Shown piece after piece: positions 59,801 to 64,000 of a DNA stretch of 64,000 bases; the stretch's first letter is position 1; each line of letters starts with the position of its first letter. The stretch lies in NCBI GenBank assembly GCA_963701665.1, contig OY969622.1, positions 1,248,001-1,312,000 of the forward strand, read 5' to 3'. This DNA comes from Candidatus Babeliales bacterium. GTDB lineage: Bacteria; Babelota; Babeliae; Babelales; JANWKD01. The position numbers and the translations under genes are program-made. The notes under the pieces were generated by a model that saw only the letters and a program-made list of their open reading frames with translations, was not told the origin of the DNA and ran no database searches.

Positions 59801-60517
59801 ACCCGTAACATCGCCTGTTAATGGGCCCGTAAAATTCACCGCTGAAGTAACGGTCCCATTTATTACCGGCGCATTTATGGTATTAGCATTGAGCGTATTT
59901 ACACCACTAATATTATTAGATGAATCGAGAGTAACACCAGATTGTTTGATATTATCAGGACTACTCGGCGTATCAACCGTTAAGATGGCATTATTTGTTG
60001 TGAAAGGCAGCGCAGTACTAACGTTACCACCGCCAGCAGGTATTGCATAGATTAAATTACCAGCACCATCACTTCCTAAGAAGGTGCCCGCTGCACCAAC
60101 TATTAATGGCCAACTTACCGTATTACCATTTTTTGTAATGCCAACTAGCGTAACGTTACCGGCATCATCAACAAGGACAGAAGAATTTTTTAGCAATTTG
60201 CCTGTTGTATCAGCAAAACGAGCAACGGCATTTGTTGTTGAACTTGATGGACCGGTAACATTTCCTGATGATGAAGATGAGGACGAGGACGATGGTGTTG
60301 TTGCTAAAATAGAATGAACAACATTCGAAATTAAACCAGTTAAATCAGGCAAATGAACCGCCGGTCCTGCACCACCTCCACCACCATTACCTAACGAGGG
60401 ACGCGGCGCACGCGCTTCCGTGATAGTGCTTTCAATATAATCTTCAGCTTCTACAGCCGCAAGCGGCGCTGCAAAAAGATGAAAAATAGCAAGTAGACTA
60501 AGAAAATATTGCTTCAT
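50867..60517 (-). CDS. Giant (3216 aa) exported fibre/adhesin-like protein with tail-fibre-like repeats, duplicated beta-helix module and C-terminal C1q-like domain
   Basis: Signal peptide and AGGAG RBS; TIVxRDxSGNF and GDVTG repeats; YYVSLAGNDSNDGS..PFRTI twice; FNTVLFD..SNYNATTGTYTVPVTGVY. Confidence 0.85.
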   Translation of the reverse strand: MKQYFLSLLAIFHLFAAPLAAVEAEDYIESTITEARAPRPSLGNGGGGGAGPAVHLPDLTGLISNVVHSILATTPSSSSSSSSSGNVTGPSSSTTNAVARFADTTGKLLKNSSVLVDDAGNVTLVGITKNGNTVSWPLIVGAAGTFLGSDGAGNLIYAIPAGGGNVSTALPFTTNNAILTVDTPSSPDNIKQSGVTLDSSNNISGVNTLNANTINAPVINGTVTSAVNFTGPLTGDVTGHQSATVVSFVGGQSAANVAAGVIAANAATNTNTPNTIVERDSSGNFNAGTISANLIGNVTGNLSGNATSATTAGSATNFTGPLLGDVTGNQSSTVVSTVGGQTATNVAAATIAANAATNTNSPSTIVKRDASGNFTAGTITANLSGNATTATTATSATTAGSATNFTGSLAGDVTGTQPATVVSFVDGQSAANVAAATVTVDAATALNTPNTLVERDSSGNFAAGTITANLAGNATTATTAVSTTNFTGPLVGDVTGNQNSTVVSFVGGQSAANVASGVIAANAATNTNTPNTIVERDASGNFNAGTITANLIGNVTGNLSGNATSATTAGSATNFTGPLSGDVTGNQNSTVVSTVGGQTAANVAAATLLANNATNNNTASTIVRRDGSGNFSAATVTANLTGNVTGNVVGNVTGNLSGNATTATSATTAGSATNFTGPLAGDVTGTQPATVVSFVGGQSAANVASGVSLANTATNIDMPGTIVLRDASGDFITNMITIDGTTTNPTDVATKAYVDSVAALGIVAHTPALVVSTTDVALSSLQTIDSISLSAGDRVLLVGQTNEIQNGLWVAETGSWMRPTDFLTGTSAGSAYVLTLSGAINGGSSWLCNTPSALIDTNTITFAEFSLPSQTTGANVGTGAGQVYQGTVGVTLNFKTILAGTHMVVTNDPNDVMLSTDATNANTPSTIVARDSSGNFNAGTITANLTGAASQNVLKAGDTMTGNLAMALQSQVQFQDGTGSGNYVGLNAPATVDTSYTVNLPASAPTAGQVLQATSPSATQWNTVGGSPTAARTYYVSLAGNDSNDGSYAYPFRTISYGVTVANGVASMANPVVIYVGAGTFVENNTGGPILVTADGISLVGSSETSTIVIPASLITNLFSIVSANFECTNLTVESLLVSSADAFSLTPTYFGRSRFTSVAVAQFANAFAVSSIAGVPVVTFDNVQGGGNSTNISISNIQVVIQNSVFQGPLGAGAISNAGIIMTGTNTQVAIIGSLLRSFQNAIEVTNGANARILACDIDLSVTSIVCNNASILGIVGCNFYGNNSSSVNIAASGANTQVTIDGCQFNCTGTDGNPRGIALQATTGASLLAVGCSVENAAVGIQCGAPGDTSSTALQANSTTLINCTTDIQQAGSSTLQFFGGAFDPTKLSIASGVNVGFAGFDETIQGNLTLGSDIQEVHILYQVLNGQTSKPNLAYNDNYYGNQGTVYTDPNSDPTFNATQASNNDANYYVVTGNRTNQASINLISDTSGLNNGTDIRGWGINKVGTSADLAFTYTNNDTSGQAAVGSYSVMQLDGLNNQVLFPLATNAPLPTNTVAPLVWAGDTNIYRSSAGVLTTDGNFQVGGLTPAGVVHNDNLGNLTTSLIVNADISASAGITDDKLATISTPGKVANSATTATSSNVPNTIVLRDLTGSFSANIITATLVGAASLDVLKTGDTMTGNLNMALQSQVRFQDGTGSGNYVGLNAPATVGISYTVNLPASAPVAGQVLQATSPSATQWNTIGGSPTTARTYYVSLAGNDSNDGSYAYPFRTISKAVTIANGVASMTNPVVIYVGAGTFVENNTGGPITITADGISLVGSSETSTIVIPASLITNLFSIVSANFECTNLTVESFSLSSADAFSLTPTYFGRSRFNSVAVAQFANAFAVSSIAGVPVVAFDNVQCGGNTTNISISNIQVAVQNSVFQGPLGAGAISNAGIIMTGTNTQVAIIGSILRSFDVAIEITNGANAHVLSCDIDSSVTGILCTNASNLGIVGCNFANNIASSVNIAASGASTQVTIDACQFHCTDTNGNPQGIALQATTGAFLLAVACSIENAAVGMQCGAVGDTNSTEIQANSTSFYDCITDIQQIGSSTLRFVGGVFDSDLLSIANATNVSFAGFDTDNNNALTIGNDADMNQLLFQVFNGQLDLPSLNYQSDCYSNKGTLYIDPNSDPAFTGIESQSNASHYVITTDRTKDASINLLSDTSGSVGSGANIRGWAIDKFGTSANLAFTYTNNDTSGQAARGSNSVMQLDGFNNQVLFPLATNAPLPTNTVAPLVWASDTNIYRSSAGVLTTDGNFQVGGLTPAGVVHNDNVGNLTTSLIVNADISASAGITDNKLATISTAGKVANSATTATSSNVPNTIVLRDGSGNFTTNMITIDGTTTNPTDVATKSYVDSTASTGLIVKSPALVVSTSNVALSGLQTIDGVTLVSSNTVLLVGQTNAVQNGLWLAESGSWIRPTDFLTGTSAGNAYVLILEGTVNAGSSWVCSTPSAIIDTNPIEFSEFSLPSQTTGANVGSGAGQIFQGKTGVTLNFKTISAGTDIIVTNNTSDVNIATNATNANTPSTIVARDASGNFSATTITANLSGNASTATNFTGALSGDVTGNQSATVVSMVGGQTATNVASATIAANAATNTNTPNTIVERDGSGNFNAGTITANLTGNVTGNLSGNATTATTAGSATNFTGSLSGDVTGNQSSTVVSTVGGQTAANVASATVAANAATSSNTPSTIVKRDASGNFAAGTITANLSGNATTATSATTATTAGSATNFTGSLAGDVTGTQGATVVSFVGGQSAASVALAASLVATATSNNIANTLVKRDASGNFAAGTITATLNGNASTATTATNFSGSLSGDVTGNQSATVVSTVGGQTAVNVASATVAANAATNTNTASTIVKRDASGNFSAGTITANLTGNVTGNLSGNATTATTAGSATNFTGSLTGDVTGSQSATVVSTVGGQTAANVAAATILANNATSSNTPSTIVRRDASGNFIAGTITAALTGAASLNLLLTGGTLTGPLTLPAGTIASPSLQFSGSTDLGITSSATNFLSMITSGSARLIIDSTGSVTHKSNYKMYAYLSANQGVNNTTANVIFNTVLFDSNSNYNATTGTYTVPVTGVYMINVTVTALTATMPSTQKVNIAVNGTSVTGASVSQILSTNNDQLPMTTCVLLSLTAGQLVTVSFNTAKNDTIISGDTHMAIHFMSF

Positions 60518-60756
60518 ACTACTCCTTTTTAAAGTGCTACCTTTTTAGCACTGTTATTTTATTTTTTTATTCGTGCACAAAAATTTTATTCATACTTTTT
60601 CTAAACGCATACTCAACAGTACATTAGATAATAAAAAAATCAAAAAAACTTTGTGTTATTTTTTTTTAAAAAAAAAACTTTTAATTACATCTATATAACT
60701 ATTGACATGAAAACTTAGGCTTGCTTAGATTGAAGATAGAAAAAAGGAAGGGTCGT

Positions 60757-60936
60757 ATGAAGTGTAAAAAATGCTCGGGCCTCATGGTCCTGCAATCTTT
60801 TTTCGATCATTTTTTAAATTTTGATGGCTGGAAATGCTTAAATTGTGGTAAAGTAATAGCTAAAAAAGAAAAGACAATTGAGTATGATGCGTTTAGTATT
60901 TTTTATCAACAACAAAAATGTAAAAACAAAAACTAA
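60757..60936 (+). CDS. Small zinc-ribbon protein
   Basis: MKCKKCSGLM...WKCLNCG; directly upstream of tsaB. Confidence 0.7.
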   Translation: MKCKKCSGLMVLQSFFDHFLNFDGWKCLNCGKVIAKKEKTIEYDAFSIFYQQQKCKNKN

Positions 60937-60939
60937 TAC

Positions 60940-61620
60940 ATGCATCTATTTTTAGCAGTTCAAGCCGGGTATCAAAATTATGAAGTTGGTCTTTTTAATG
61001 GTATTACCTGTCTTGCTTGGCATAAGCAAGATAAGTCAGAAGCCAGTAAAAATCTAATTCCAGTTATAGAAGATCTTCTTAAAAAACATTCCTATTCCAT
61101 TCATGACTTAACTTTTATTGGCATTAACAAAGGTCCAGCACCTTTTACTACGTTGCGCATTCTTATTGCAACGATCAATGGTATAGCATTTGCCACAAAT
61201 GTTCCTTTAGTCAGTTGCTCGAGCCTAGAAGCACTTTTGCATGAAGCTTATGATCCCGCATGGCCTGGATATTCAGTTGCCCTATTGAATGCTTATAACA
61301 ATGATGTGTATTTTGCTGTCCATCATCCCAAAAAGGATCTGTGGATGGGATGTGCAAACGTACGCTTCTTTCTTGAAACATTAAAAAATAAGATCGGGCA
61401 AGAACGCGTGCGCTTTATTGGCAATGGTGTACCTCTTTTTCAAACCCTCGTTCAAGAAATTATTGGCGACAATGCCCTCGCACAAACACCGTTTATAGAA
61501 GAAGCATCATTAAATACGGTCGCCTATTTAACGCGTACGTCTTTTGAAAAAAAAGAAGTAGTAAAGCAGATTGAGCCACTTTATTTAAAAGAAGTTGCTT
61601 ATAAAACAATTACGTTTTAA
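60940..61620 (+). CDS. tsaB: tRNA threonylcarbamoyladenosine biosynthesis protein TsaB
   Basis: GPAPFTTLRI (variant of GPGSFTGLRI), SSLEAL, EPLYL. Confidence 0.88.
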   Translation: MHLFLAVQAGYQNYEVGLFNGITCLAWHKQDKSEASKNLIPVIEDLLKKHSYSIHDLTFIGINKGPAPFTTLRILIATINGIAFATNVPLVSCSSLEALLHEAYDPAWPGYSVALLNAYNNDVYFAVHHPKKDLWMGCANVRFFLETLKNKIGQERVRFIGNGVPLFQTLVQEIIGDNALAQTPFIEEASLNTVAYLTRTSFEKKEVVKQIEPLYLKEVAYKTITF

Positions 61621-61663
61621 TAGATTTAGAAAAGAAACCCTTCATAAACATTCTTTCATTTTT

Positions 61664-62356
61664 ACTTACGCAGTTATGCGGGCCCGTGCGGGCAGCATCC
61701 TCCTACGCTTATCCACGCCTTCCGGCTTGGCAAGCTACGTAGGACAGGCCAATGTATTGCGTGCCCAATACATTGGATACAAGGGCAATAAGAGGGCAAG
61801 CCTCTTATTTATCTCCCCGACGCAAACAAGTCGACCTTGCACACCTAACGTGTGACAAGGTCTCCAACATGTTGTGCTTATATGGAAATCGATTCATCAG
61901 ATGATCTAAAAATTGTAAGTTAATATTTTAAACAACAGTGTCATCACGAGGCGAAGCCGTGGTGACCCAGAATTTAATAATTCCTTATTTTTAATGAACT
62001 AATTTTATCATCTGGGTTGCCACGCCCTTAACAGGGCTCGCAATGACATCTTTGCATACAATGTCTTTACCGTGCCGCAATACTTACATGCGAGAATAAA
62101 TCTGTTAAATTCAAGTCCTGCAGCGCGACAAGCTCAAAATCATGATGCGCAGCATCAATGTTTTTGAGTGCGCATCTCGCGCGGCCCTACTACGCTAAAG
62201 CTTCGAAGGATTAAAACATTGTTGGCCTGTCCTTCCGTAGCTTGCCAAGCCGGAAGGCGTGGATAAGCGTAGGAGGGCGCCCTTTTGTTCAAGGTATTTT
62301 GGGCGCGCAAAATACCTTGTGCCTGTCCGGCATGAGGACAGCATGACTGCGTAAGT
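61664..62356. mobile_element. Structured non-coding MITE-like element, copy 2 (inverted, with nested insertions)
   Basis: Ends ACTTACGCAGTTATGC / GCATGACTGCGTAAGT; collinear with reverse complement of 13674..14120. Confidence 0.75.
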
Positions 62357-62401
62357 CACAATAAAAAAGTTTTTCTAAGGGATGTAATTAATACCAAGAT
62401 T

Positions 62402-64000
62402 TTAGAAATCATACGAAGATGTTAAGTGAACTTCACTCGCTGATTCACCTCTTCTTCGATCAAGTTTGAAACCCCAGTCAATACGGATTGGCGTTGGCTT
62501 GTAAATACGAACACCAAAACCAACTGAATGGCGATAACTGAAATGATTATTTTTCAATCGTCTGCGCGCAATTTGATCAGCATCCGGCGTATCCCAACCA
62601 GCACCACCATCATAGAAGAGAACACCCTTTATAGAAAAATCAGGAGCGACGGGGAAAATAAGTTCTGCGTTTAACCAGAAAGCTTTTTTTCCGCCAATTG
62701 AATCTACACCTTTATACGTAGGTCCGATTTCACCAAAGAGGAAACCTCGCACGCTTGATGGACCACCAATATGATACAGTTCTCTAAAAGGTATTAATTT
62801 ACCGCCCACAGCAGTCACCAAGCCTAAATGCGCGTGTAAATAAAACACTAAATCACGCTCGCCAATAATTGGCGTATAATAACCCGCGTCAAAGTCGAAT
62901 TTCCAAAAACCAAACTCCTGATTAGGAATACCGAGTCGTGATGTTGCTTGCCATTGATACCCGCGACTTGGGTGTATTGGATGATTACGAAAATCTTGCG
63001 ATGCTGCGCCGCCAAGCCAAGGGAAATTTCCTTGTGGGAATCTTTTATTTAAAATGTTTTGGAATTCCAGCACTTCATTCGGATCAGCACCCGCACCAAG
63101 ATTAGCAGTCGGCGTCTTATGATAATGCAAACCTTCGTAGCCGGCTTGCCCAACAAACCGTATTTGATGAAATTTTTGCGCAACAAATCCTAAACTAAGT
63201 GATCCACTTGCTAATTGTTCTTTTACTTCATTTTTTGTGAACTGAAATTCATCATAGGTAGATTTTTTAAACGCAAGATCAAAAGCACCATAAATAGGGC
63301 GATCAAAAAGCCATGGTTCTGTAACGTTAAAAAGTAATTGACGTTCTTGCCTTGAAATTTCACCACTTAAATTAAAACTAACGCCAAGACCAAGTAAATT
63401 GGTATCAGAAAGGGACCCACCAACGCGCAACGATTCTGTTGGGTTTTGTAAATCTTTTGGCGAACCACCAAAACCAACTTGCATATCTAAACGCCCAGTT
63501 TTTACTTCTTTAACGTACAAGGTTAAATCGGCATTCTCTTTTGTAGTGCGATCGTATTTCCAACTCACACCACCTTGTTGATCAAAGTACCCTAAATTTT
63601 CAACGCGCGTTTTGGAATCTTCTAGTTTTTTAGTCGTCAGCAAATCGCCCTCGTCAAACAATAATTGACGCCGGATAATCTTGTCGCGCGTTTTTTCATT
63701 ACCAACAATTTTAATTCTTTGAAGATATACTTTATCGCCAAGCTCCGTAAGAAACGATATGCTCACCGTTTTATTAACATCATCGGGTTCAATGGATGGC
63801 TCAACATCAGCATAAATATACCCGAATTCACCAAGTAGCAGGCGAATAACCTCAATTGCTTGGCGAATGTTCTCTCGTGAATAAAGCTGGCCGGGCGCAA
63901 CGGGTAATCGTGCTAAAATCTGTCTCTCGGTAAGAACATCATTACCTTGCGCAGAAACAGAGCTGATGGTATAAAGATCACCTTCATCAATATGAAAAGT
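62402..64000 (-). CDS. bamA: Outer membrane protein assembly factor BamA (5' part outside window)
   Basis: Frame open to window end; POTRA (GNEKTRDKIIRR), VRGF, FYDGG, terminal Phe. Confidence 0.93.
   Translation of the reverse strand, partial: TFHIDEGDLYTISSVSAQGNDVLTERQILARLPVAPGQLYSRENIRQAIEVIRLLLGEFGYIYADVEPSIEPDDVNKTVSISFLTELGDKVYLQRIKIVGNEKTRDKIIRRQLLFDEGDLLTTKKLEDSKTRVENLGYFDQQGGVSWKYDRTTKENADLTLYVKEVKTGRLDMQVGFGGSPKDLQNPTESLRVGGSLSDTNLLGLGVSFNLSGEISRQERQLLFNVTEPWLFDRPIYGAFDLAFKKSTYDEFQFTKNEVKEQLASGSLSLGFVAQKFHQIRFVGQAGYEGLHYHKTPTANLGAGADPNEVLEFQNILNKRFPQGNFPWLGGAASQDFRNHPIHPSRGYQWQATSRLGIPNQEFGFWKFDFDAGYYTPIIGERDLVFYLHAHLGLVTAVGGKLIPFRELYHIGGPSSVRGFLFGEIGPTYKGVDSIGGKKAFWLNAELIFPVAPDFSIKGVLFYDGGAGWDTPDADQIARRRLKNNHFSYRHSVGFGVRIYKPTPIRIDWGFKLDRRRGESASEVHLTSSYDF

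Noticed and set aside
51285..60317. Many plus-strand ORFs opposite the giant gene (also those antisense to 45654-50769, clpB, rho and others)
   Set aside because: Shadow ORFs arising from the codon bias of Thr/Ala/Gly/Asn-rich repeats

Overview
This window is an AT-rich bacterial chromosome segment. It carries housekeeping genes (clpB partial, priA, polA, thyX, rpmA, secF, rho, tsaD, glyA, tsaB, bamA partial) and four tRNAs. Between them lie many signal-peptide proteins with eukaryote-like features: a RING finger, C2H2-like zinc fingers, F-box-like plus ankyrin repeats, a CaaX box, a Cys-string tail and basic tails. This content fits an intracellular parasite of protists; Candidatus Dependentiae/Babeliae (TM6) is my inference and is not verified. 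Mobile and repeated DNA comprises three head-to-tail IS200-type elements, an IS481-family element inserted inside a palindromic repeat, a REP/RPE-like palindrome family, two inverted copies of a 450-700 bp structured MITE-like element with precise nested insertions, and structured repeats fused to the CCA end of all four tRNAs. The most notable observations are: (1) two candidate export or targeting codes on putative effectors, a Met at +1 after the signal peptide and a portable Lxx[AS]LxxLxxxLxxLxxx[LF] helix; (2) a carotenoid-oxygenase homolog that appears to lack all four iron-binding histidines; (3) the nested tRNA-anchored repeat system; and (4) a 15 kb surface-fibre locus with two Cys-Cys-repeat beta-helix paralogs and a 3216-aa C1q-like-tipped protein. 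No CRISPR array, rRNA or reverse transcriptase was seen.
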